The notes under the pieces are model-generated. The model was not told the origin of the DNA. It ran no database searches and worked only from the letters and a program-made list of their open reading frames with translations. Shown piece after piece: positions 21,525 through 30,639 of a stretch of DNA of 64,000 nucleotides. Source of the stretch: an uncultured Methanosarcinales archaeon. Lineage in GTDB: Archaea > Nanobdellota > Nanobdellia > Woesearchaeales > CAXGTL01. The translations under genes and the position numbers were made by a program. Within the stretch, counting starts at the first letter, position 1; each line of letters starts with the position of its first letter. The stretch lies in NCBI GenBank assembly GCA_964535955.1, contig CAZHVK010000002.1:8122-72121 (forward strand), in the 5' to 3' direction.

Positions 21525-21923
21525 ATGGCAAAAAAGAAAGCCAAAAAAATAGTAAAACCAAGGAAAAAGAAAGAACTGTTTTATGTAGGTGTTAGAAACG
21601 CAATTGATGTTAGAAAAAATATTCTAGAATCAACAAGAGAGTTTGTCCAAGTTCTTCAGATGTATGAAGATTACATGAAATTAAGAAATGACATAACAAC
21701 AAAAGTTGAGAAACTACAAGTAGATGTTAAAAAAATCAAAAGCCTTAACAGTAAATTAAAAAGAATGCTTCCAGATACAGGTTTAAGAGCAGGTTTGATC
21801 AAAAAGAAAAAACCAAAAAAAGAAAAACATGAAAAACCTAAGCCAAAGAAACCTGCATCAGAATTAGATGCATTAGAAGCAGAGTTGAACATGATTGAGT
21901 CTAGGTTGAATAAGATTCATTAA
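21525..21923 (+). CDS. Hypothetical coiled-coil/basic protein
   Basis: SD-like GGTGGG upstream; third gene of the cluster. Confidence 0.75.
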   Translation: MAKKKAKKIVKPRKKKELFYVGVRNAIDVRKNILESTREFVQVLQMYEDYMKLRNDITTKVEKLQVDVKKIKSLNSKLKRMLPDTGLRAGLIKKKKPKKEKHEKPKPKKPASELDALEAELNMIESRLNKIH

Positions 21924-21995
21924 TTTCTTTTTTTTCTATTTTTTATGATTTTTCCAATACATTTTTAAAGATTCTAGATTTTTCTTTATTTATAT

Positions 21996-22122
21996 GTGGG
22001 GATGCCGGAGTGGCCAAGTATCTGGTAAAGATAGGCTAAACGGGGCAGACTCAAAATCTGCTAGCTTAGTGCTTACGGGGGTTCGAACCAATAATTATAT
22101 TGCGAAAGTCCCTCTCCCCACA
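21996..22122 (+). tRNA. tRNA-Leu(CAA) with two non-canonical introns (D-loop 22018-22039; T-loop 59/60 22088-22108)
   Basis: Acceptor GTGGGGA/TCCCCAC; anticodon arm GCAGA-CTCAAAA-TCTGC; long variable arm; both inserts form BHB motifs (GGCC/GGCT and TTCG/CGAA central helices). Confidence 0.92.
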
Positions 22123-22262
22123 TTATCTTTTCTTAACTTATATTATGTGCTATACATATAATATATCTTATATATATACTACAATAGAAAAGCATATAAA
22201 TACCTAATTTAATCCTAAATATATAAATAATAATTAAAAAAATCAAGGGGGATTGATTATAT

Positions 22263-23006
22263 ATGAGACTTACTTTAGCAGAACCAAAATACCTTAAAGA
22301 TAGCATAACAATTATTTCTGGCTTAGTAAATGAAGCCACATTTAAAATAAGACAAGAAGCAATAGAACTAGTTGCAATGGATCCAGCAAATGTTGCAATG
22401 ATTATATTTAAACTATTGTCAAGCAGTTTTACAGAGTATGATGTTAAGAATGAAGTAGAGATTGCAATAAATCTAAACAATTTTAAACAAATTTTAAGAA
22501 GAATAAAACCAAATGATATGTTGACTCTAGAATCACATGAAAACAAGCTAAAAATCACTCTAAAAGGTGACACAAGAAGAACTTTCTCTTTACCAATCAT
22601 AGAATTAGACGAAAGAGAACAAAAAATACCAGATTTAACATTTAACACACAAATAAGAATAAACTCAGCTACATTTAATGAAGCAATTGAGGATGCAGAT
22701 ATTATTGCAGAATCTGTTTTATTATCAGCAGAAGCTGACAAATTCTCAATAAATGCAGAAGGTGATTTATCAAAAGTAAACATTGAGATTAAGAAGTCAG
22801 ATTCAACAAATATAAGCACTACTTCAGCAGAAAAAATAAAAGCAAAATATTCAATTGAATACTTGAAAAAGATGATTGTCGCATCAAAGCTTTGTGATGA
22901 AGTCATGATAAACTTTAGCAAAGACTATCCATTAAAACTAGAATACAAAGTGATTGACAAGATGATGATGAATTTTATTCTAGCTCCTAGAGTAGAGAAT
23001 GATTGA
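22263..23006 (+). CDS. pcn: PCNA DNA polymerase sliding clamp
   Basis: AMDPANVAM, KYSIEYLKK, DYPLKLEY, FILAPRVE. Confidence 0.96.
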   Translation: MRLTLAEPKYLKDSITIISGLVNEATFKIRQEAIELVAMDPANVAMIIFKLLSSSFTEYDVKNEVEIAINLNNFKQILRRIKPNDMLTLESHENKLKITLKGDTRRTFSLPIIELDEREQKIPDLTFNTQIRINSATFNEAIEDADIIAESVLLSAEADKFSINAEGDLSKVNIEIKKSDSTNISTTSAEKIKAKYSIEYLKKMIVASKLCDEVMINFSKDYPLKLEYKVIDKMMMNFILAPRVEND

Positions 23007-23189
23007 TTGAATATACTACTCAGAAGTGAATAATATCGAAACATTTATAAACCTAGTTCTACTTCTCTATATAAATAAAGTATAAGTCATAAGAAGGGGT
23101 TCTTTAGATTAATTACACAATTAAGGGGATAAACTATGTTTCAAAATCTTTAGATTTTGAAGCTGCGAATGAGACAGAGGCGAATGAGT

Positions 23190-26100
23190 ATGAATACACC
23201 ACAAAAAATAGACATAACAATCAATGATCTAATTGATACTATCATAAGATCAAAAGCAAAAAAACCAGAAACAATCAAAAAACACCTAGACCAAGACAAG
23301 ATAAGAGGTAAATTAGCAACTATTTTTGGTCAAGACTATCTAAATAGAACAATAGAAACAATTAAATCTGATTCTAAAGACAAATTAAAAGAAAAAACTG
23401 ATGATGATGGTGACTTGTACTATGATGAAGATGATGTAATAAGACAAATTGAAAGTGATATTGAAAAGATAAGATACACAACAAGACCAACAGGCATAAG
23501 ACCAACATTAGACCAATTAAGAGATTATGTAAACAAAGCAATTAGCCACAGAGCCTGGGATTTATTAGACAAAATATTAAGCTTGTCAGAAGAAGGTGAA
23601 CTAGAACCAAAAGCTGTTCAAAAAATGGCACTAGACAATATTATAGATGGAGATGATGATTCATATGTATTATTTACAAATAAGTTTGGTGAAGTTGATT
23701 TTACAAAAGATGTTGTCATACCAATTTATGATGAACTAATAGAAGAAGAAAATTATATTAAGCTCCAAAGAATAAAAACAGAAACAGGAATTCCTGTTCC
23801 ACAAGATTCATGCCAAGAAAAATATGAAGAAATAGTTTTAGATGACAAATTTTCAAAAATAGATGAATTGTTTAGTGCAAGTGGTGTACAACCAGAGCTG
23901 ACAAAAACAATGAAAAATAACATAATTCAAAGACTAAAAAAACAAGGATTTCAAGGAAAAATATGTGAAAACCGTTGGAGAAACATAGAAGCAGAAGAAG
24001 ATGAAATAAGTTCTTTAGAAAATTATTTTGAAATAAGTAAACAAACAAGATTCATAAGAAAACTTCAAGAAACTGCATTAAGCAATGATTATATAGATAA
24101 TTTCTTAAGATTATATAATATAACTACACACAAGATATCAGAAACAGTTCTTAATGATGGATATAAAAGATTATCGGAAGAATATGAAAAAGATAAAGCA
24201 ATAGACGAAGATGAAAGTCAAGGTAATGAAGAAAAACAAGAAATCAAAAGAGATAGATTAGAAGAAATTCTTAGAATAATAAAAACAACAAAAACAATAA
24301 AAACAAAGAAAATAGCTCACAAGATTTACAATAAATTACTAAAAGAACAAAGATATAAAGAGATAGAACTATTGCAAAAAGACATAAACATAAAACCTAA
24401 ATTTGATAAACAAACAATTGAACACAGATTAATGCAATTATGTGATTCTTCAATACATAGAAGAGACAAATTTAATATGAATAAATTCTTATCATTTGCA
24501 GACATGGTAACTGAAACAGGATTTGAAATACCAAGAACATATATTGACCAAGCATGTTTTAATCATCTTGATCACAAAGGAAGAGCATTTGAATCAATAG
24601 AAAAAGTAAATAAAGTATATAAAAAATTCAATCTAGAACCACATGAAAGTGTTAACTCATATAAAATCATGTGTTTGATGTGGGAATTAGATTCAAAAAT
24701 TAAGAGAAAAGAAACAGAATATAGTAAAAAAGAATATCAAAGAAAGATTTCACCACTTGAACCAATAAACAGATTCAACACAACCATGTATAACAAATAC
24801 AAAACCTCTGTTAATTCATTGGTTAAAAAATATATCAAAGAAATGTCTCAAATAGACAAAACAAAGATAAATAAAAAGGTTTTTGAACAACACAATCATG
24901 AAATGCAAAAAGTATATGAAAGATGTCTAGAATTACTTATAGTCCAAGCATCAAAAAATGAACAATCTCTAGTAAAAGTTGATAAATTAGAAAAACAAAC
25001 AGGAATAAAAATAAAAGATAGAACAATCAGCGACGCAATAAGGAAATTTATAGAAAAAAATTATAGGAATATTGAAAACCCAGAAAACATAATAAAAACA
25101 ATCAACACAAGAACAGACATAAACATAGATTTAGAACAACCATTTTATTATATTCCTGGAATGAAAGCAAATGATACACTTACAGACAAAATAGGGGGCC
25201 ACCTTATCACAGTACAACAGTATCATGAAGAAAGAACAGATTTAGGAGAAAAATTGAATTATCTCCTTGCTTTTGCAAATAAAGATAAATTTTCAGAAAA
25301 AACACAAGCAGAAATAAGAAAAAAGATGATTGAATATTTAGAAAACGGTCAAACAAAGAAATATGATAATCTGATTCCATTCTTATCAAAAAAAATAAGA
25401 TTCAATAAACAAGAAAAACAAACATTAGAACAAAAAGCAATTGAATTTATTAAAAATAGTAGTTGGGAATATGGTGGACTAAACAGATTAAAAAGATTTG
25501 ATTGCATTGCCTCAAGAGCAAACATCAAACCAAAAATACAACAACAAGAATTAAATGAATTAATAAAACAATATTTTGACAAAAGCAATTCAAACAATGC
25601 ACCAACAGATATTTCAAAAAGATTCAATCTAGTTCCAGATGAAAAACAAATAAAAGACAGATATGTTTATTTACTTGAAAAAAAAGAAAAATATGATTGG
25701 CCAGATAAATGGTATGTAAATGATGCAACAAAACAAGTAGAAAAACTAAGAAAAGATACAGGTGTTAAACTAGATAGAGATTATATAAAAATATTTATAC
25801 AAACATGGTTAAATAAACAAGATTATTACAGAGCAAAAGAATATATTAAATTATTCACAGAATCATTTGATTTTAGATATTCTGAACAAGAATTACAAAG
25901 ATTATACAATGGAAATGATAATTATGAAATCGTAAATTTACTATTAAATACACACAAAATACCACCTAACAAAGAAAAAGCAGAAGAAATAATAAAAAAA
26001 GTATATAAAAGTGAAAGAGCTTATGGAAGAGATTTAGTAAAAAGTCTAACTCATGATCATAAGATTCAAACACCAGATGAAATAACAGACAATATCAAAG

Positions 26101-26570
26101 AAAGCATAACATTTTATCTTGAAAAAAGAGAGATTATCAATTTGATTCCAATAGCATATGAATTACACAACATATATAATAAATCAGACATAGTGTCTAA
26201 ACAACAAGCAGAACAAATAATCTCTGAAATAGGTTATTTATTCCAAAAAAGAACAGAAGACATAACAAGATCATCTTTAAATGCATTAGACATATCATAT
26301 ATCTATGAAAAAGCAAATGCTCAAGACAAAGCAATTGACTTTGCAACACAATTATTCAAAACAGCATTTGACAAAGAACTTTATAAGAATAATATCTATA
26401 GAGGATATGTATTTTGCGCAATCACAGGTGCAAAACCAGACTTAGATCAAGAAAAATTAGCAGAACTTAAACATGATGCACAATTATCAGGAAAATATCA
26501 ATACACATTTGGAGCAGAACAAAGACAAGAATATATAGAAATGCTAGACAAATGGGTTTCAGGTGAATAA
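23190..26570 (+). CDS. Large hypothetical helical-repeat protein (TG[IV]K-type repeats)
   Basis: Long ORF with recurring ETGIPV, SGVQPE, ETGFEI, QTGIKI, DTGVKL motifs; start uncertain (23157/23184/23190). Confidence 0.75.
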   Translation: MNTPQKIDITINDLIDTIIRSKAKKPETIKKHLDQDKIRGKLATIFGQDYLNRTIETIKSDSKDKLKEKTDDDGDLYYDEDDVIRQIESDIEKIRYTTRPTGIRPTLDQLRDYVNKAISHRAWDLLDKILSLSEEGELEPKAVQKMALDNIIDGDDDSYVLFTNKFGEVDFTKDVVIPIYDELIEEENYIKLQRIKTETGIPVPQDSCQEKYEEIVLDDKFSKIDELFSASGVQPELTKTMKNNIIQRLKKQGFQGKICENRWRNIEAEEDEISSLENYFEISKQTRFIRKLQETALSNDYIDNFLRLYNITTHKISETVLNDGYKRLSEEYEKDKAIDEDESQGNEEKQEIKRDRLEEILRIIKTTKTIKTKKIAHKIYNKLLKEQRYKEIELLQKDINIKPKFDKQTIEHRLMQLCDSSIHRRDKFNMNKFLSFADMVTETGFEIPRTYIDQACFNHLDHKGRAFESIEKVNKVYKKFNLEPHESVNSYKIMCLMWELDSKIKRKETEYSKKEYQRKISPLEPINRFNTTMYNKYKTSVNSLVKKYIKEMSQIDKTKINKKVFEQHNHEMQKVYERCLELLIVQASKNEQSLVKVDKLEKQTGIKIKDRTISDAIRKFIEKNYRNIENPENIIKTINTRTDINIDLEQPFYYIPGMKANDTLTDKIGGHLITVQQYHEERTDLGEKLNYLLAFANKDKFSEKTQAEIRKKMIEYLENGQTKKYDNLIPFLSKKIRFNKQEKQTLEQKAIEFIKNSSWEYGGLNRLKRFDCIASRANIKPKIQQQELNELIKQYFDKSNSNNAPTDISKRFNLVPDEKQIKDRYVYLLEKKEKYDWPDKWYVNDATKQVEKLRKDTGVKLDRDYIKIFIQTWLNKQDYYRAKEYIKLFTESFDFRYSEQELQRLYNGNDNYEIVNLLLNTHKIPPNKEKAEEIIKKVYKSERAYGRDLVKSLTHDHKIQTPDEITDNIKESITFYLEKREIINLIPIAYELHNIYNKSDIVSKQQAEQIISEIGYLFQKRTEDITRSSLNALDISYIYEKANAQDKAIDFATQLFKTAFDKELYKNNIYRGYVFCAITGAKPDLDQEKLAELKHDAQLSGKYQYTFGAEQRQEYIEMLDKWVSGE

Positions 26571-26572
26571 TA

Positions 26573-29002
26573 ATGCCAGGATTTGGATTAGGTTTGGGTC
26601 TACAAATGCAAACAAGTTGTCACATGCAGTTACAATGTGGTTTACAGTTACAACTAACATTAGCACAACCAACAGACCCTGATGCATTCAGACCAGAAGG
26701 AGAAATAGAACACATTTCTCAGCATGAAATCCTTGAACAATTAATAGAAAAGATTGATAACAAAGAATTCTGCGACAATATTTATTTTGGCTTAGAGATC
26801 AACAGGACAATATTTGGCCATTCTCTTGAGACAAGATTAGGATATTTTGGTAAAGATATACAACAACTTATGGAATTTTATGATAGTAATGAAGAATCAA
26901 CAAAAAACCTCCTGCATATATTAGGCTCAAGAAAAAAAGCACAAATACCACAAAATGTAGAAGATGATGAAATTAATGAAAGACAAGAGATAATACAAAA
27001 ACAAACACCTGGTGTTGTTGCTCATGCATGGAACAACATAAACAAGTCATATTATTTTAAAAAAGAAAAAACAAACAAACAAATATTCAATTTCTTAGCA
27101 TATCTTAATCAAACAGAAGCTGACATTGCTGTTGGTATTGAAAACCTGTCGAAAGTAACAGAATTAAAAAACCAAAGACATTTAGTAAAAAAAACATTTG
27201 ACAAGATAAAATCATATGCTCAAACAGATACAAGACTTATAACATTTAGTAAAAGTATATTATGCCCTATTGTAAAAGCATTAAAACAAAATAAAGAAAA
27301 ACTAACAACAAATGAATCAGAATTATTATACAAAAACATAATAGAATATCTTTTCATGCTTGACCAAGAATTAAGAATAGGTGACACTGTAGAAAAAATA
27401 GCTGATTCAATAAAAGAAAATGGGATAAAAAAACTTCTTAATCAGAAGATTCCAATTCCATTACAAACTTATCTAGAAAATATACAGCCAAACAAAAAAA
27501 CACAAGACAAGATAGTCAACTTATTCAATGAAAAAGAATTTAAACAAGGAAGAGAATTGCAAAGAAAAATTTACAAAGGATTTTCAGCATTAGAAGAACT
27601 TGATAAAGGAAAACAAATTCTGGAACACATAGTAGAAAACACACCAACATCAAAAATATTATCTAGTATTTTATTAAGATTATATCTTGTCCACCACGAA
27701 CCTGATTTTGAATACAATTTTCAACTAGAGAATCATAAAAAAATAATAAGAAACCTAAAATTTCAATTAGTAGACAAAAGCATAAAAAGATTAAACCTTG
27801 ATGATGATACATTAGAAAAATATCTTCAAAGATTAGAAACAGATGACAGATTTCAAAGAATAAGTGGAATAATCACAAAACTTGCAAGTTATAAACATTA
27901 TCAAAATTCTCAACAATTAGAATTATTAAAAGAGATCACAGAACAAGAACTTGATAATAATTTCAATAAATGGAGATATTCTCATGACAAAGCACAAGAA
28001 CAATTAAAAGTACTAGGTAAAGATATAGATGAATGGAAAAATAATACACAAGTTACAAGAATAGTAGGAAAAATAGAAAAAGCTCTCAACACGCATGTAG
28101 AATCTGTTAAAAACATGCTACCAACAATATTTACAATATATAGAGACCATTATGGTAATGAATTTGATGAACCAGATGAAGATGACTTAAAACAACAAAT
28201 ATCTGATAATGAACAAGAATTAAAAACAGGAAATTTGTCAAAAAAACATAAAAAACAAATAGGATATAAGACTTTTTTATTAAGAGAACGTCTGACTTAC
28301 TTAGAATTCATAAACAGCCTAAATCATCTTGATATAAACAATTACACAGACATATTAAATAAAGCACAAGAGATCTTAAAAAAGAAATCAAAAAACCCTG
28401 TATATCAAAATATCCAATGTGTTAAAGAAACACTAGACCAACCAGAATATAGAAATTCAAGAAAAATAATAGTAAGAGAGACAGATGATCTTGAAACAAT
28501 GCTAAGATTCGGTGAAATTCCAGTATCACATTGTCAAAATTGGAAGAGTGAAAGTTCATATAATACATCATTATTAAGCTTTGTTGCAGATGCAAATAAA
28601 AAACTTTACCATATTATAAATGGTGAAGACAAAGCAATTAGTATGACTATAGTAAGATTAATAGATTGGTATGATAACCCTACAATCTTAGCTGAAAATG
28701 TGTATGCAAGAGAATGGTCAGAAGATTATGGTATTGCATTATTCTCTAGCTTAGCAGAAAAAGCATATTCCATATATGAGGAAACAGGCAAACAAGTAAG
28801 AATTGCAACAAATGATTCAAGACTAGAAAAAGCAATGGAACAATTTGCTGAAAAATATGAAATAGAAGTATTTAAAGACACTATTAAAACAATACCTCCT
28901 GAAAGCAAAAACACTAAAGAATACTATGATTTTAGTCATAGAACAGATAAAAAATATATAACAGCAAATGTCAAATATATCTGTTTTGGTGAACAAGAGT
29001 AA
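26573..29002 (+). CDS. Large hypothetical protein with Gln/Leu-rich N-terminus and conserved-looking C-terminal domain
   Basis: Starts 2 nt after the previous stop; C-terminal ETDDLETMLRFGEIPVSHCQNW...DANKK...ENVY. Confidence 0.75.
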   Translation: MPGFGLGLGLQMQTSCHMQLQCGLQLQLTLAQPTDPDAFRPEGEIEHISQHEILEQLIEKIDNKEFCDNIYFGLEINRTIFGHSLETRLGYFGKDIQQLMEFYDSNEESTKNLLHILGSRKKAQIPQNVEDDEINERQEIIQKQTPGVVAHAWNNINKSYYFKKEKTNKQIFNFLAYLNQTEADIAVGIENLSKVTELKNQRHLVKKTFDKIKSYAQTDTRLITFSKSILCPIVKALKQNKEKLTTNESELLYKNIIEYLFMLDQELRIGDTVEKIADSIKENGIKKLLNQKIPIPLQTYLENIQPNKKTQDKIVNLFNEKEFKQGRELQRKIYKGFSALEELDKGKQILEHIVENTPTSKILSSILLRLYLVHHEPDFEYNFQLENHKKIIRNLKFQLVDKSIKRLNLDDDTLEKYLQRLETDDRFQRISGIITKLASYKHYQNSQQLELLKEITEQELDNNFNKWRYSHDKAQEQLKVLGKDIDEWKNNTQVTRIVGKIEKALNTHVESVKNMLPTIFTIYRDHYGNEFDEPDEDDLKQQISDNEQELKTGNLSKKHKKQIGYKTFLLRERLTYLEFINSLNHLDINNYTDILNKAQEILKKKSKNPVYQNIQCVKETLDQPEYRNSRKIIVRETDDLETMLRFGEIPVSHCQNWKSESSYNTSLLSFVADANKKLYHIINGEDKAISMTIVRLIDWYDNPTILAENVYAREWSEDYGIALFSSLAEKAYSIYEETGKQVRIATNDSRLEKAMEQFAEKYEIEVFKDTIKTIPPESKNTKEYYDFSHRTDKKYITANVKYICFGEQE

Positions 29003-29287
29003 AAAAATAATATAGCAAAAACCAGAAAAAACAATAAAAATAGTAAAAAAACAACAAAAACAGTAAAAAAGACAAAAATAGAAAAAATCAAAAAAATAGT
29101 AAAAAAACCATAATTTCTTGCAAAAATTACATAACATTTATACAATAAAAAACAAGTTTTTTAAGCATAAAAGCACAAATTCTATAGAAATTTTAGATAC
29201 TTTTATATAGTAAATCCTTTTTTTCTATATATAACTCATATATAAATCATATATGGCTTAATCATAATAACAAAGGAGGAAGATATT

Positions 29288-29434
29288 ATGGCAGAAGGAA
29301 GATGCATGAAATGCAAAAAACAAGTTGAAATTAAAGATGGAAAAGAGGTTGTTTTCAAGAATGGTATGAAAGCACTTAAAGGATTATGCCCTAAATGTGG
29401 AACAAAAGTATGTAGGATTTTAGGAAAAGCATAA
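29288..29434 (+). CDS. Small zinc-ribbon protein, DUF5679/Cren7-like (not in ORF track)
   Basis: MAEGRCMKCKKQVEIKDGKEVVFKNGMKALKGLCPKCGTKVCRILGKA; strong SD GGAGGA upstream. Confidence 0.85.
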   Translation: MAEGRCMKCKKQVEIKDGKEVVFKNGMKALKGLCPKCGTKVCRILGKA

Positions 29435-29480
29435 AGCTTTCCCAAAAAAATCTCAGATTTTTTGGGCCCAGAAAACTTTT
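29435..29480. repeat. REP-like palindrome/terminator (CCCAAAAAAATCTCAGATTTTTTGGG-CCC), inverted copy at ~61500
   Basis: Hairpin directly after the stop codon; near-identical reverse-complement copy at 61500-61542. Confidence 0.7.
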
Positions 29481-29562
29481 AGTTTTCTTGGTTTTTTCTT
29501 TATTTTTTTATATTTGTATTAATAGCAATCAATCTTAATCATAAATAGAATTCTAAAAAAGA

Positions 29563-29758
29563 TGGGGATGCCGGGATTTGAACCCAGATTTCAACTCCTA
29601 ATATCATACAATACCAGGATCCGTTGGTCTCTTCATCAGAAGCGATAGACCAATAGTTAATCATCGCATTTCTGCTCATCGCTCCATTACTGGAGCCAAC
29701 TATTAAGGACAGATTGTGCTTAAACACAAATCTTCTAGCCAAGTTATACTACATCCCC
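29563..29758 (-). tRNA. tRNA-Trp(CCA) with three introns (D-arm ~29705-29734; 37/38 29629-29689; variable region 45/46 29590-29620)
   Basis: Acceptor GGGGATG/CATCCCC; anticodon arm GTTGG-CTCCAGA-CCAAC; T arm CTGGG-TTCAAAT-CCCGG; the 45/46 intron has a perfect CAAC/GTTG BHB; D-arm boundaries are less certain. Confidence 0.88.
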
Positions 29759-29863
29759 ATTGGCTTATATTAAGAATAATGTAGCCCTTTTTAAATATTA
29801 CTAAAATATTAGAGATCTAAATATCTTTATTTTTTAAGTAACCACTGATAGAACTAAAAAAAA

Positions 29864-30000
29864 TGGGCCTGCCGAGACTCTCATACACCAAAATTATTTT
29901 GATGATTTTGAACTCGGGACCGCCCGATCTCTGAATTGATTATTTATCAGTCGGGTGCTCTAATTGACCAGTATATACTTCCAGTCTAAGCCACAGGCCC
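29864..30000 (-). tRNA. tRNA-Ile(GAT) with three introns (19/20 29964-29980; 37/38 29929-29944; 59/60 29878-29906)
   Basis: Acceptor GGGCCTG/CAGGCCC; anticodon arm CCCGA-CTGATAA-TCGGG; each insert has BHB geometry (GACT/GGTC, CTGA/TCAG, TTCA/TGAG). Confidence 0.92.
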
Positions 30001-30196
30001 AATTGTTTTGTTGCGGGACTGAAGTGAGCGCAGCGAACGGAATGTCGCGCTATCCTGATCGAACTTGATAAAGTTCGCCATGACTCAGCCACAGGCCCAA
30101 TTGTTTTGTTGCGGGACTGAAGTGAGCGCAGCGAACGGAATGTCGCGCTATCCTGATCGAACTTGATAAAGTTCGCCATGACTCAGCCACAGGCCC
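30001..30196. repeat. Perfect 2 x 98-bp tandem repeat abutting the tRNA-Ile 5' end
   Basis: 30001-30098 = 30099-30196; each unit ends in AGCCACAGGCCC, identical to 29989-30000. Confidence 0.95.
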
Positions 30197-30282
30197 ATGA
30201 TTTTGTTTATTAATTATATTAATATATAAGCATATACAATTAATATATAAAAAGAAAAAAACTTATTTTATAAAGCTATCGA

Positions 30283-30639
30283 TTAAATCTCAACAGCTCC
30301 ATCCATTGTCAAAGCCATCAATCTAAATCCTAAACCTAATTTCATAATTGCTGACAACAAAGCCATATGTTCTTTACCAGTTCCAGACGCTAAATTAATC
30401 GCAACCTCTGTTCCTTCAACTTTGCCTTTCAAACCTTCTTGAATCTTTTCAATCATTTGTTTTAAAGGTAGATTAATATCAATAGTAACTAATTCTGCTT
30501 GTTTTTCAGACTTAAAATTCTTTTCTCCAAAATCATTTGTAATCAATATAATTTTACCCCAATCTTGGCTCATCATTAATCTTCCAACATGTCCCCAAGA
30601 TCCTTTACCTACAGATAAGCATGCAACTAAATCAGTCAT
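30283..30639 (-). CDS. Small Rossmann-like hypothetical protein (possible stand-alone CARF-like domain)
   Basis: VAINLASGTGKEHMALLSA resembles the CARF 'N-x-(S/T)GG-x-K' strand-helix motif; family assignment is inference. Confidence 0.6.
   Translation of the reverse strand: MTDLVACLSVGKGSWGHVGRLMMSQDWGKIILITNDFGEKNFKSEKQAELVTIDINLPLKQMIEKIQEGLKGKVEGTEVAINLASGTGKEHMALLSAIMKLGLGFRLMALTMDGAVEI

Noticed and set aside
29003-29110. A-rich low-complexity run (ORF track 28823-29145 minus)
   Set aside because: Degenerate poly-A tracts; the antisense ORFs are Phe/Leu-rich artefacts with no SD or family motif.
29539-30179. ORFs 29539-29742 and 29940-30179
   Set aside because: They overlap tRNA-Trp, tRNA-Ile and the tandem repeat; not protein-like.
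30001-30196. CRISPR mini-array
   Set aside because: The 12-bp repeat is too short, the two 'spacers' are identical and no cas genes are present; it is a tandem duplication.
30001-30196. Split-tRNA 5' half (e.g. Arg-CCG)
   Set aside because: The D-stem and anticodon arm do not fold convincingly, position 37 would be a pyrimidine, and the internal hairpin lacks BHB geometry; kept only as a weak alternative.
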